From Podospora anserina (taxonomy: Eukaryota): a stretch of 64,000 bases of DNA. The notes beneath the pieces were generated by a model. It was not told the origin of the DNA. It saw only the letters and a list, made by a program, of their open reading frames with translations, and made no database searches. This document shows, one piece after another, positions 1 through 11,844 of this stretch (its first letter is position 1; every line of letters starts with the position of its first letter). A program made the position numbers and the translations under genes. The DNA is taken from the NCBI GenBank assembly GCA_017654855.1, contig JAFMPO010000001.1, positions 62,001 through 126,000 of the forward strand. The letters run 5' to 3'.

Positions 1-61
1 CAATCCATTCTACTACTTTCTGTCACCTAGCAATTACTATGCTGCTCAATATCTCAACGCA

Positions 62-817
62 ATGATCAATACGATGTCAAGTGGCGGCTACAAGTTACCT
101 GCAGTATCTTTGCGCAGATCAGTTCTGCCAAAGCGAGTCAAGGCTCTCTTTCCCAGAAACGTGGCCCGCTCAAAACCAGCAGAAGTAGTCAAAAGGGAAT
201 TCAAGGAAGCGATCACCAAAGCGGCCAGCAAGGTGACAGACAACAGGCTTCAACCAAAGGATACAAATCTAGACGCCCAAGAGTCGATAAAGCAACATAT
301 CGAGGCGGCAGATCAGCATTCTGACTCGAATGGGAACTCCCAACGGCTCGTAGGCCAGTCAACATATCAGCAGCCTGGGCTCAGTGCCGAGACTCGATTT
401 TCCGTCAATAAAGAAAACAAGAACTTTGCGGAGGATTTCAAGCCGACTATTCCTGTCCCGTCTGAGATGGCCGAGCTCTTGAGTCGCGGGAAGCCACCAA
501 AGTCCAATCCAGCAGGCACGGCAGGGGCAGAGGATCATGACTCGTTGCGTGACGAAACGGAAGAAAGTTGGACAGTTGTTACGTCAAGGCGAAAGCATTC
601 TGGACCAGCAAAGAGGCGACCAGCACCCCCGTCTCCATCGACTCATGCTAGAGCCTTGCCGGCTCGCAAGAGCACACCGACTCCAAATTCTGATGTACTA
701 ACAACTCAAGTCTTGCCAGTTATGGCACGTCGACCGGCCCCGCGACTACCACAAGCAATCATTGGCAGACAATCTTGGGCCGAGGTAGTTGCTACAGAGG
801 GCGGGGAGCCTGAGTGA
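62..817 (+). CDS. Hypothetical low-complexity, probably disordered protein (251 aa ORF, may be partial)
   Basis: Long ATG-initiated ORF rich in S/P/R/K; no recognisable domain. Confidence 0.4.
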   Translation: MINTMSSGGYKLPAVSLRRSVLPKRVKALFPRNVARSKPAEVVKREFKEAITKAASKVTDNRLQPKDTNLDAQESIKQHIEAADQHSDSNGNSQRLVGQSTYQQPGLSAETRFSVNKENKNFAEDFKPTIPVPSEMAELLSRGKPPKSNPAGTAGAEDHDSLRDETEESWTVVTSRRKHSGPAKRRPAPPSPSTHARALPARKSTPTPNSDVLTTQVLPVMARRPAPRLPQAIIGRQSWAEVVATEGGEPE

Positions 818-1352
818 CAGAGTGTTCAGAAAACCTGTCTTTCTAGCAAGAAGTCGCGATCTGGTAGGCACCCGGTTCGAGGGGCAAAAGACGATTATTT
901 TATGATATCGAATCGGATTGCCGGATCGACAACTATCCACGATCCGCACCATGGTTGGTGCAGGGCTCAAAAGCTTAGCATCCGTGACGTGCCAAGGCCC
1001 CCCTGAAGAAACCTCCCTCGGCTCAACTTGCCGACAACACGCTACGAAACCTCTTTCCCCACACACTGCAACCAAAGGTTCCGAGCTCGCGTGGCTCCGC
1101 CAACGAGCCTTGTAATAAAAGTATGGTGCGGCTGTGCTACTGTTGCGATGCTGCTGGGTTCTGAAGCCCCTGTTGCCGTTTCATGGAAACTTTTGGCAAG
1201 TCAATGCGAATTTCAGGGTCCTTTCCAAGGGGTGAGGACGATGCACGGCGCAACACCAAGATGGACAATAAGAGGGCACACGATGCCACTCGACTCTCGG
1301 TCGAGAGTCACAAAGTGCGAACCCTCAGTCTGTCTTTTCCGCAAACACAACA

Positions 1353-3374
1353 ATGTGGCCTGCCGAAGCCGTGATAGGGGCTATCAGCACCCTGCTCTCT
1401 TTACAAGCCGACCATGTCGCCCCTGGTTTTATTTCAAGTAACAGTACACCATCATGGCACACCTCTCTAGCCAAAAGAGCAGCACAGGACTTTTTCCTAC
1501 GAGTGATGCCCCTTGGAGCATCCATAACGGAAGGAATTGGTTCGAGAAACGGGGCAGGGTATCGCGATCTACTTCGTGCGCAGTTGCGTACACGGGGATG
1601 GAACGTTAACATGGTGGGATCAAAACAAAACGGGCGTTTTGAAGACAGTGACAATGAAGGGCACCCAGGCCTGACCATCAACCAAGTCCGCGGGGAGTTC
1701 AATAAGACTGGCAAGGCGCTGATGCCAAATCTGGTGCTTCTCAACGCTGGGACGTAGGTCTTCGCAGCCTCCCAATCTCTTACGGAGAGAATAACCGTGT
1801 GTGCTAACATGTCGATTTAGGAACGACTGCATCCGCCAAATCGACACCAACAACGCGGGAGCCCGCCTCAAAGCTCTCATCGATGATGTCTTCACAACCG
1901 TTCCAGGGGTAACAGTGGTCGTTTCGACCCTGGCACCATCACGCAAAAACGACAGTTGTTCCGCAGATCTCAGTCAACAATATCGCGACTTGGTGACCAA
2001 TACCTACAGAGGCAACCCACGTATTGGCATGGCCGACTTGCATGCGGCCATCAACATAAACGACCACCTCCATCCCGACGGGGTACATCCCAACGATGCA
2101 GGCTACGCCATCTTTGCTTCCCTCTGGATGGAAGCAATCCGAAAACTCGAAGACCAGATCCAGCCTCCCGCAGCAGTGATCGACGATGGGCCTGCCGATG
2201 TCCAGCGGCCATCTCCGCCAAACGATAAGGAATGCATCCGAACCCCAGGGACAGTGGTAGATGGCACGTATCTGCACGAGCAAGTGGAAAGGGGCGTCTT
2301 GAGCTCGGCGAAAATCCCAAAGCGTTTGGATGGAAGAGAGGCAACTCCCTCACAGATCTTCTTTGCCAATGTTGTCGTCATGAACAACCTCTTCAAGAGG
2401 GGCGAGGAGTTGGATGATCGAATTGCGGTCTATCGTGGCGGCGATGGTGGCAACAGATATGTGTTATCTCAAAACAGGGCTGGTGGGAATTTCGAGACAA
2501 ACACGATGGAGTTCAGTGTGGGAATCGACTGCGATGTATCAAAGGGGGCAAGGGTCATTTTTGCTGATTTTGTGAGTACCTATCTAGTCTTTGCGCTTTG
2601 GCTTGGGGGGTGGTGCTGACCGAATGACCATAACAGAACAATGATGGTTTGGATGACTTCTTCTGTGTCAATGCCAAGGCGGGCGTTTCGGTCTCCTTGA
2701 ACCGCGGGGGGAGGCCTCCCAGATTCGAGAGCATCGGGCAGGTGGTGCCAGACAGGGAGGGTTTCACAGCTGATGATGTTCGAGTTGCCCGTAAGTGTTG
2801 ACATCAAACCCAGCCAAGCTACTTGGTGCTGACGGCCATTCTCAGAGATCGACGGTGACGGAAGAGCCGATTACTGCCTCATCAAAGCTGACAGCAGCAT
2901 TGACTGCATCCGCCAAAATGGACAAGGAGAATTCAACGGAGCCCTGCAGTTGACCTTTGATAAACTGTCCGGCATTGACAAGGGGCGTGTTGTGCTGGGA
3001 GACATCAATGGAGAGTAAGTCTCGGCATTCCGCCCTAATATGTCTGTCATCTTGACAAATTCCCTGCTGACATTTCACATTTTTGTAGTTTCCGCAGTGA
3101 TTATCTGAGAATTGGAGAAAACGGCAACATCCTAGCATTCATCAACTCCGGCATGGGCAGCAACAATGCCCCAGAATGGCGAGACGCTGGTATCATAACC
3201 CAGGGTGGACTTGGCATCATGCCACCAGAGCTTATCAAATTTGGACGGGTCTTCGGTTCATCAAAACTGGATTACATTTACCTGGATGAGAATGGCGGCA
3301 ACTTTGAGGTCCATGCCTGGCAAAACACTGGGAAAGGAGGTAAAGTGCGTGTCACAGAGGACTGTCCTCCATGA
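1353..3374 (+). CDS. Secreted SGNH/GDSL hydrolase (CE3-like) with C-terminal FG-GAP/VCBS-like repeats; 4 introns
   Basis: MPLGASIT (block I), DNEGHPG, NAGT|NDC across a GTAGGT..TAG intron, DGVHPND catalytic motif. Later exons carry D-x-N/D-x-D-G repeats (DFNNDGLDDF, IDGDGRADYC, GDING) joined by GT..AG introns. Confidence 0.85.
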
Positions 3375-4075
3375 CATGGGGAAAGGGTGGTTGTGGGCGA
3401 GGCTTGAAGCTTGTAAATTACTTGTAACATGTTGTGTCTTTTTGAATAGCGCTTTTGATAGGGCCCAACAGCAGAGAAACTGTTGGCTCGGGGAAGAAAT
3501 TATGCTTCATTCTCCAATACTGAAAACCTTGCTACTTGTGGCAAAAGAAAAAAAGAAAAAGCCTATCACTCCTCGCCGCGCTGCCGATCCCTTACACACA
3601 CGAGTCTTTTCCATATACCGTGCACCCATGCGTTCGGCCTCCAATGCTCCTTCCTTGCGAGATACCGGCCCCTAATTATCACCCTCGGTGGTCTCAATCT
3701 TCTTCGCCTCTGAATCCTTAGATTTGATATGCTCTAGATTAGCCAAACGTCCAGTTTGTTCGGAATGTCCATGGCCGGAACGACCAACCTCCTGGGTCGA
3801 GCTATGGCTCCGTACTTTCTTCGCCGCCGGGATTTTGTCAAATGTCTCTGCGGCAGTTCTCCCCCTTCTGGTGGAACGCCTGACAAGCTGCTCTACCCCA
3901 TTTCGGCCTCGGCGTTGGCTTTATACATCGTTGTCGCTGTTGTTGTTGGCGATGTTGACAGCGTTGTCCTTGCTGGCAGAAGCCATGGTTGTCTGTCTTG
4001 GTGGTTGATAGTGTGTAGTCTGCAGAACTGCCTCTGTATATGCTCGTGTTATTCTGGGTGAGATACCCAGCAGCG

Positions 4076-4343
4076 CCCGGCACCCTTGCCACATAGATAA
4101 CTGAGATACTAAAGTAGGTAATATGCCTCAAAGGATAGTCCATATACCTTTCAAGATAATTTATAGGCCCTTAAGGATAGTTTGTGGGCCTCTAAACACA
4201 GTTTGTAGGCCTTCAAAAATAAGTAACAGGCCTTAAAAGATTGTTCAGAGGCCTGTTAACTTACTTTTAAGGTACATTTTATAGTAAAATATGGGTCAAC
4301 TTACTTTAGTGTCTTATTTATTTTGTGGGCTGGGGTCCCCGGG
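4076..4343. mobile_element. MITE-like element, CCACA-type TIR, with ~6 internal 21-bp repeats
   Basis: Left end ccacatagataactgagatactaaagtag is the inverted match of right end ttactttagtgtcttatttattttgtgg. Internal 21-bp units such as ttaaggatagtttgtgggcct. Related copies at ~36371 and ~38306. Confidence 0.75.
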
Positions 4344-4724
4344 TGAAGTTTCTGGGCCATGGAATACGCCTCTTTATCATGGGTCGAGAGGCGAACAAGA
4401 GTGCTGGCGTTTGCACATTGATGGCTTCTTTGCCTGAATTGAAAGCCGACGTCGGCTCTGAAGCCTCTGCAAACGAGTATTGGGGTCTCACAAAAACAGG
4501 GTCATGCCAGATTGCTTGATTATCAGATTGCTCAGTGTATTGGGAAAAGGGGCGTTCTCATCCGATCACAGATCAACTATGTTGCCCCCACAACTTGGTC
4601 AGCGAGTCGCGAGGTTGTGATTGTGTTTCAATCCAGTTACCAAGAGTCAAGGTTGTGAAGGGACTTCATTTCTCATCTCAAACTAGAGTCTAGCTCTCCT
4701 TGTACTGCTCAAAGACTGTTCAAC

Positions 4725-6392
4725 TTAATAACCCTGATTATTTGGGTATCCATACGACTGTCCTTGGTTGGACTGATACTGCTGAGGATTGTACTGTGGG
4801 GGAGGTGGGTATTGGTTCTGTTGACCATGCCCATACTCCTGTGTGGGCGGAGGCGGAAACTGGTTTTGCTGGCCATGCTGATACTCTTGTGTGGGCGGAG
4901 GCGGGAACTGGTTCTGTTGGTATTGCTGTGTTGGCGGAGGGGCATATTGCTGACTGCCCGAGTAGTTGTGTCCCTGCTGGGGAGGTGGGGGAGGATACAC
5001 CCCAGTGATGGGCTGGTTGCCGCCACCGAGCTGAATGTTGTTGGTCACTGCACCCACTTCTACCCCATCATCGTTACTTATATCGTCCGGCACAGTAACC
5101 TTCACCTTGGGCAGGTACCGCTGCACCTTTTGCTCCACAATGCCCTGGACGAAGACCCAGCTTTGCTTCTCGAACTTGCGGTGGCCACCGTTGACGACAC
5201 CAAGGATGCTCTGGCGGAGGGTCTCTTGCACCTTGCGGACGAGGCTACGAATCTTGATGAGCAGCTTGGCCTTGATGTCATCACCAAATCCACGGTCCCC
5301 ACCCGATCTCGAGGCCGAGACAGTATTGTCGAGTTGCGAGTCAAACGGATTGCCGCCCAGAATCTTCTCGAGAGGGCGCTGGAACTGGTCTGGCAACAGC
5401 TCAAACAGCTGCTTCTCAATCTGTCCCAGAATCTTGCGGAATTCGAGGCGAACCTCCCTGTGGACCTTGGCCAAACCGTGACTGAGCTTCTCGCTGATGA
5501 GTTTGGAAAAGCCGCCCTTGCTCTCGCCACCATCATCCTCAGCCCTATCCCCAACGCCCCTGGACGCGCCCTCGCCATGTGACTTCTTGCTTCCGAACAA
5601 GCTCCCAAACCCCTTAACCAAATCCTTCACCTGATCCTCAAACTCCCCCTTCACACCATCACCAAGATCCCTCGTGGTAGTGTTCCCCCGCAACCACTTC
5701 TTAATATGATCCAACGCAATCTTGGTAAACTGCTCCGCAATAGACGTATGTTGATCTCTCAGCTTGGCTCCAACCAACTCCTTGATCTCAGGGGTAATCA
5801 TCCTCGCCTTCTCCTCCGGGTTCCCAGCCACATCCTTGACAGTATTGCTCAAAACCCCCAAGAGCCCATCCAACTGGAACCCCTGACCACCACCAGGGCC
5901 ATCATTCCGCTTATCCAGATGATCCTGAACCACGTCAAACGCCGCAGAAAAGAACTTCTTCATCCCATCCCCCTCCCCCCCACCTCTCGACCTCGTCTCC
6001 CCCTCACCACCAAAGCCCCTCGCTTGCCCACCACCACCACCACCACCAGAAGTCAAGTTAAAAATCTCCGCCAAATCATCACCCACCCCTCCCGGGCCCG
6101 CAACCGCGCCAAAGCTCTTGGTCAACTTGGCAATCTCATTCGCAAAAGACAGGCTCTGTCCACCGTACGAATCAGGAACGTCCTCGTTCAGCCCTCTAGC
6201 ACCAGAGCTAGAGCTGTTGTTGTCTTTGTCGAACAAAGTCCGGAACGCCTCAATGACCTGCTGCTCGAGGCTATCGATGGTCTTGGTCTGGAAGGTCTCG
6301 AGCTCCTCGGTGATGCGGGGCTGGATCTGGGGGGCGAGCGAGTCGACATAATCGTCAACCTTCTTCATCAGGATGTCGGGAAGGGCGGCCAT
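4725..6392 (-). CDS. Hypothetical helical protein (555 aa) with Gly-rich linkers and a C-terminal P/Q/N/Y repeat tail
   Basis: Intronless 555-aa ORF with good start context (caaaATG); C-terminal repeats of FPPPPTQEYxHGQQNQ. Confidence 0.85.
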   Translation of the reverse strand: MAALPDILMKKVDDYVDSLAPQIQPRITEELETFQTKTIDSLEQQVIEAFRTLFDKDNNSSSSGARGLNEDVPDSYGGQSLSFANEIAKLTKSFGAVAGPGGVGDDLAEIFNLTSGGGGGGGQARGFGGEGETRSRGGGEGDGMKKFFSAAFDVVQDHLDKRNDGPGGGQGFQLDGLLGVLSNTVKDVAGNPEEKARMITPEIKELVGAKLRDQHTSIAEQFTKIALDHIKKWLRGNTTTRDLGDGVKGEFEDQVKDLVKGFGSLFGSKKSHGEGASRGVGDRAEDDGGESKGGFSKLISEKLSHGLAKVHREVRLEFRKILGQIEKQLFELLPDQFQRPLEKILGGNPFDSQLDNTVSASRSGGDRGFGDDIKAKLLIKIRSLVRKVQETLRQSILGVVNGGHRKFEKQSWVFVQGIVEQKVQRYLPKVKVTVPDDISNDDGVEVGAVTNNIQLGGGNQPITGVYPPPPPQQGHNYSGSQQYAPPPTQQYQQNQFPPPPTQEYQHGQQNQFPPPPTQEYGHGQQNQYPPPPQYNPQQYQSNQGQSYGYPNNQGY

Positions 6393-6871
6393 TTTGACGG
6401 ATGATAGGGGTGATGCAAGGCGCTAAAGATAGGGTAATAAGGGAATAAGCACCGGGTTGGGTTCGATGTTGGGAAAAACAACTTGAATCGCGTTGCGTTT
6501 CTCTCTGCTGGGGGAAGCTGAGCTGATCGGAGCGGGGTGGAGGGGTTGTTGGGCGCGGCCGATAAGCTGATAAAGCTCCCACTTGACGTCAGCTTTTGGG
6601 GGGTACGGGGGTATTCGTTAGCCATTGTCTCAGATGCTCTTTTTGCCCCGCAAAAAGTGAGCTTATTAGGTGGAGCAGCGCTGAGCTGCTACGGTAACTA
6701 TATACCTATTAAATAGCAACTTGAAATTTTATTTCTCTACTTTTTAATATACTACTAACTTGTGATCTTAGTAACTGACTAATAAACCTGCCTTTTACTT
6801 TCACTACTAACTGATTTAATTTTTATAAAAACTCTACCTTATTAATTCTAATTATGTAATTATATGCGTAC

Positions 6872-7256
6872 TGTCACGGCTTGACACTTGGTGGAGCGCG
6901 GAGCGCACCACGGACCAATCATTAGTACAGGAATAAGGACCAATCAGAACAGAATCAATGTGATCGAGGATCGATCCAGAGGAGTCAACCCCAAAAGAGA
7001 CAATATCGATAGGATCGATGGTCGAGTCTATCGATCCAGGACAGTGCCGGGCTTAGCATTGGGTCTATATATACGGAGGAACTGGCTGGTGTAGATAGAC
7101 AGTTCCGCAGTATGCAATCACAGCTTGTATTCACGGTATCTTGTGTTTACATTGAGACATCTTGTTGTGCACTGTCTAGCTGCACCGAACTAGGATTATT
7201 CAGAAGTGCCTTCGACTAGTATCCCTTTCAGAGGTTCTGGATAGGGGTTCGTCACA
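6872..7256 (+). mobile_element. Solo LTR, crapaud-like family
   Basis: TGTCAC..GTCACA termini, CCAAT boxes and TATATA. Its 3' half (tatatacggaggaactggct..cagaggttctggataggggttcgtcaca) recurs inverted at 30975, 54543 and 54690. Flanks cgtac/cgaaa are not a perfect TSD. Confidence 0.85.
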
Positions 7257-7773
7257 CGAAATCACCTATAAAGGCACCTAGGCCAGGTTAGCAGGAAAAA
7301 GAACCCACTTAAATAACCTACAGTTTTAGAACATAGCGCCGTAAATCCGACGGACATAGTTTTAGAGATACATTTTGTAGTCCAGCAGCATCACGTAAAC
7401 TCGGCATTGGAGCCTGTCATCCTCCTGGAGGTTTGCTAGGTGCAGTCGCTTAAAGTATTTCGTGAAGTTACCGGACGTATAGAGCAAGTAAATAAGTTTA
7501 TCGATACAGGAATTATCCAGCTTTAGACAAAACGCTTTATTAACGTAAAAGAAATATTTTCTCAGCCTATCTTCGTTGACTTAACTGTGACACTGAGAGG
7601 GGGGCCATTTTCGACTGCTGTCCTAAATCTGGGAACCCGTAAGTAAAATTAAAGGCCGCGATTATAGTTTAAGAATTTCTAGTGGTAAGGGGCAAGTACA
7701 AGGTACCTGGAAGTGCGTTATAATAACCGTATTCCGGGGCGCAGCCGGGCGCTTAGCGTCAGCCTCCTAGCTA

Positions 7774-10237
7774 ATGCGACGTCCAAACCAGCGGCTATTG
7801 GGAAAGGCCTTGGTGCCTTCCGCGCCTTGTTCAGCGCCATCTGCGAAGGCGCAAGCATATCCCGCACTCCAGACGCGGTCGAGCGACTTGGCCACGAGGG
7901 TAAGAAAGATAATCAGCTTCGTCCAGACATGACCCTCTGACCCTGACATGGTGTTGACCTCCAGAATCTTACCCTTATCCTTCTTTCAAATCTACGAATC
8001 CTTCCTGCATCTCGCTTGCTCCGTTGCAGCGGCCGTAGCGAGAGCCTCTTCAGCGATCTCTCGAGACTCGACTTCGTCGTCAGCTCCGACTACTTTGATT
8101 TCGACCGTATGATACCTCTCCTCAAGTCAGCAATTACCGACGATAACGATGCCCTCATCTGGAAAGAAGTCTACAAAGTGGTAAGCGAACCTACCCCGCC
8201 TCCCTAGCCCACAGCGTCCTCCCTACAGCAGACTCCGTGGCTTCACAATACAGGAAACTTTGCGAACTCCTCCGAGTACCGTAAAGATGTGGATAGAGTC
8301 CTTAATGATGAATTAGGCGTTATGTACGTCGGGCTCCCTCGATTCTACGAGATATTCTTCGGACGAGTAGCAGATCTCGGAATAATATCCGAGGCTGTCT
8401 TTGAGAAATGCAAGGAAGGTAGCGAACCACTTTGTAGTGATGGGTGGAACGGATGGCCAGAAGACGCGAATCAGGACCATGTCTTGAGCTGGTTTTCGGA
8501 ATTAAGCGAGAAGCCAGCGACGTTTGCAGAAGACTACAGGTCTATCCCAACACATCGACGGCCACTAGCACAGCCCAATAAACCGATCCAGGGCTCAACC
8601 GCCGAACGCAAGCTCGATGTTGGCTTCGTGGACGACCCTAAGGCTGGAAAAGACTCGAGATGCCACTGGTCACGCATCCTCGTACCAGGCGAGCTAAAGA
8701 GCAACCCTGCGGCGGATACAGCGGCCAAGGCCTGGCTAGATATTGGTACATACGCGAGGGAAGTCCTCGCCGCTCAAGAAACTCGCCGATTTGTCTTGGG
8801 CTTTACTCTATGCGGATCTCTTATGAGAGTGTGGGAGTTTGATCGGCTCGGGGGTCTCGCATCTGAGCGGTTTGATATTAACGAGGATGGGTCCCGGTTC
8901 GTATTTACGGTCCTCGGATTTCTCTGGATGAGCGAAGAGGAACTTGGCTTCGACCCGACATTTACAGTAGCCAACGGCCAGCGGTTCATCGAGATTGAGC
9001 GGAACGGTTCGAAGGAACGCCTTATTATCGACAAGGTAATACAGCGAGCACGTTGCGTCGCTGGTCGGGCCACAACATGCTGGAAAGCTCATCGCGAAGG
9101 CCTGCCGCAGATACCGCTCGTTATTAAGACTCGTGGCAGTACCCGGAGCGCGATGAGGAAGGTGAGCTCTTATACGAGGTGACTCGCAAGGGCGTCATCA
9201 AAATGGCTAGATACTATCACCACGAGACGGTTCAGATATATGGAGCGAATGACGACGTCCGAAATAATGTGCGCCGAGGATTAGACATTACCCGTGCTAC
9301 GAACTATCGGCCGGAACGGTCGGCCCTCCAACCGGCCATGGCAGCGTCGGAGGTTTCGCGAAGAGGTTGCGGAAGCAGTACCATGGCTGGCGAGAAACGA
9401 TCGTCTAGCCAAACCGGCGCCTCTCTACCACACAGCAAGCGGACTTGCTCAGCATCTCCAGTAAAAGCCGGCGGCGATCTATCCAATCGGGTGCATCGGC
9501 GTGCGATTCTTCGCGACTATGGACAGCCAATTTACAAGGCCAGCTCCCGAACGTCTCTACTTGCTGCGCTCAGCGGCTGTATTGAAGGGCATGAGTCCCT
9601 GCGCAAGGCTGGCGTCCTTCACAGAGACATCTCCATCAACAACCTCGTGATCAACGAGCATACGAATAATCTCTCCAGGCCTTCGTTTCTGACTGACCTG
9701 GATCTCGCCACTAAAGAGGATCGAGAAGGTGCGTCGGGAGCCAAAGGGAAGACCGGTACAAGAGCGTTTATGGTAATCGGGGCGCTTTTGGGCGAACAAC
9801 ACTCTTTCAAGCACGATCTCGAGTCATTCTTCTGGGTACTGTTTTGGATATGTATTCATTGCAAAGGGCCATTTGAGACCAGAATCGTCGCGCAGTTCGA
9901 CAAGTGGAATTACCTAGACAAAGAGGCGTTGGCGGAGCTGAAGAAAGGAAAAGTAGTTCATGAGGGGGACTTCATCAGGACCGCCGCGCAGAGTTTCACT
10001 CCCTATTATTAACCATTGATACCTTGGGTTAACCGGCTACGGAAAGCTGTGTTTCCAAATGGTGGGAGGTGGGAGAGGGAGGTCAATAGACTACGGAGAA
10101 AGGTATTCCCAAACGGCGGAAGATGGAAGACCCTAGAGCCGAAGCTCTATTCCTCGATGATGGAGATCCTTCGCGAAGCCCAGAAGGGCCCAAACGTGGT
10201 GGCGGATGGCCGAGAGATAGGAAAGAGGTATCCTTAG
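7774..10237 (+). pseudogene. Fungal-specific protein kinase (FunK1/Pkinase_fungal) pseudogene; start approximate
   Basis: Motifs ILVPGELKSN, RRFVLGFTLCG, FDRLGG, GRATTCW, LHRDISINN, DLDLA, TGTRAFM, HDLESFFWVL. Disrupted by TAG at 8205-8207, a frameshift near 9130 and TAA at 10010-10012. Confidence 0.85.
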
Positions 10238-11076
10238 TGGAACAGTAATCGTAGTAGCTACCTTTACGACGTAATACAATGCAAATATCAGCCACATAAC
10301 GACGGCTCATTTCGTCACCCCGGTGCATGATATTTTTGGTTGCTCTTAGAAAATTCTCATCAGTTCTGTCTCGCTTGGGGCGGAGATTCATCGGCTCAGT
10401 CATCTTTGCGTGATGAGAATGGAGTACTGTTAGGAGGATAGGTTGGGTGTACCTTTTATACTATTAGCGGCATCAAAGACTCACAAATCCTTGGTGTTCT
10501 ATTTTTAGATACTGGCACAGCGGGATAGGTGGGTTAGGGTTAAGTGTGTTTATGAAGCCCCTGCATCCGGGCATGTAGGCATGTGATAGTGGTGTGTTGT
10601 ATGCTTGGTAATATTCTATATCAATTGTTCACTGGTCGTGTCAGTTCTGCACCGAAAGATCTCGCCAAGCTCCTTTCTGCTACCCAAAAGTGATTGTCAG
10701 GGGCGCATGGATCGACCAAACTTGGCTTTTCATATAAAATCATTGCATAGGTACTTTTCTCTTGGGTAGCATCAAGCCAATCTCGATGTCCGTCGTCAGC
10801 TCAGAAAATGGTTCTTGACAGTAATTTCGGCCACGGGCGGTTCTTGAAGTAAGGACTTGTGATTTTTTCTTCAACTACCCGTCTTTGAGGGGTATGATGA
10901 CGCAGAACAAATACACATGTCCAGACAATCCATGCAATCTATATGCTCAGTCCACAGACCTCAGTGCTTCGCTTCCAATAACCCTCTTGGTGCGATCCAA
11001 CGGCCGCCTCTGGCTTTCCAAGTCATGTATGTACAACTCCCGCCGAAATATTCTCTCCCATGCCTTTTGGACTGGC

Positions 11077-11844
11077 TTAGACACCGCTCGCAAGTCTCTC
11101 GACAATGGCGTCAAAGTCCTGGTTGGCAGCCCCCGAGAAGTCGTGTTGCCAGTATCCATGGACGTCATGGATTGGGATGGTCGAGGTGGGGCTGTTGGGG
11201 GAAGAAGGACGGTTGGGGGAGTAGGCAAAAGCCATGCGGTTTCCTCCCCTGGGGCTCAGGAAGCGGGAGGCGCCGGTGTCGGTCGTCCACGAAGTGCATC
11301 CCTTGCAGAGAGCGGTGTACTGCCAGTGGGTGCCGTTGGACTTGGTGCCGGTCCTGAAAAGGGTGTACTGGGCGTTGTTGTAGGCCTGGGGGGTGATATG
11401 GCCACTGAAAAGGTTGTCAGCGCATGATCATCCACTTCACAAGTTTCCAGCACTTACCCAGCCCAGCGAGAGGAGAGCACCGGCTGGTTCTGGCTGTTTC
11501 TCCAGGCAACAGTCAACGGGTTCCTGGGCATAGAGCCAGCCCAGGCAATACCGGCCCAACCGACATCGTTAGGAATGACGGCCTGGATAACGGCATCGTA
11601 GGAGGTGTAGGTCTGGACGTTGGCCGGAATGGCTACGCGGTAAGTGATGCCCTGGTTTACCCTGTACAGCACGTAGTTGGAAGAAAACACGAGGCCGGTG
11701 TCGGGGTCGCGGTAGATGGCATTAGCCTGCGCCGTCACTTCAACCAGGTCAGCACTCTGACCCCCATGATTTAAACAACCTCCACCACTCACCGGTTCTG
11801 CTGAGCAGGGCCGCGAGGAGCCCAAACCACAAAGTCCAGAGCAT
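11077..11844 (-). CDS. Secreted stand-alone cellobiose-dehydrogenase cytochrome domain protein (AA8/DOMON-like); 2 introns
   Basis: Signal peptide MLWTLWFGLLAALL, then GWAGIAWAGSMPRNPLTVAW (Met haem ligand), LCKGCTSW and IPIHD (His ligand), reconstructed across GT..AG introns; TAA at 11077-11079. Confidence 0.85.

Noticed and set aside
3675-3986. Small minus-strand gene starting MASASKDNAV
   Set aside because: Early in-frame TAA and no recognisable domain; at most a relic.
4130-4260. CRISPR-like array
   Set aside because: Eukaryotic DNA; the units are contiguous degenerate tandem repeats with no unique spacers and no cas genes.
4764-6404. Long plus-strand ORFs (also 52283-53080 and similar)
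   Set aside because: Antisense shadows of codon-biased genes on the opposite strand.
8205-8207. TAG in FunK1 as an editing-restored stop
   Set aside because: A frameshift and a further TAA are present, and Trp is not expected at this position.
7774-10237. Spok spore-killer gene (nuclease-like D..ExK motif plus kinase)
   Set aside because: The motifs are typical of the widespread FunK1 family, no Spok cysteine cluster was recognised, and the gene is disrupted.
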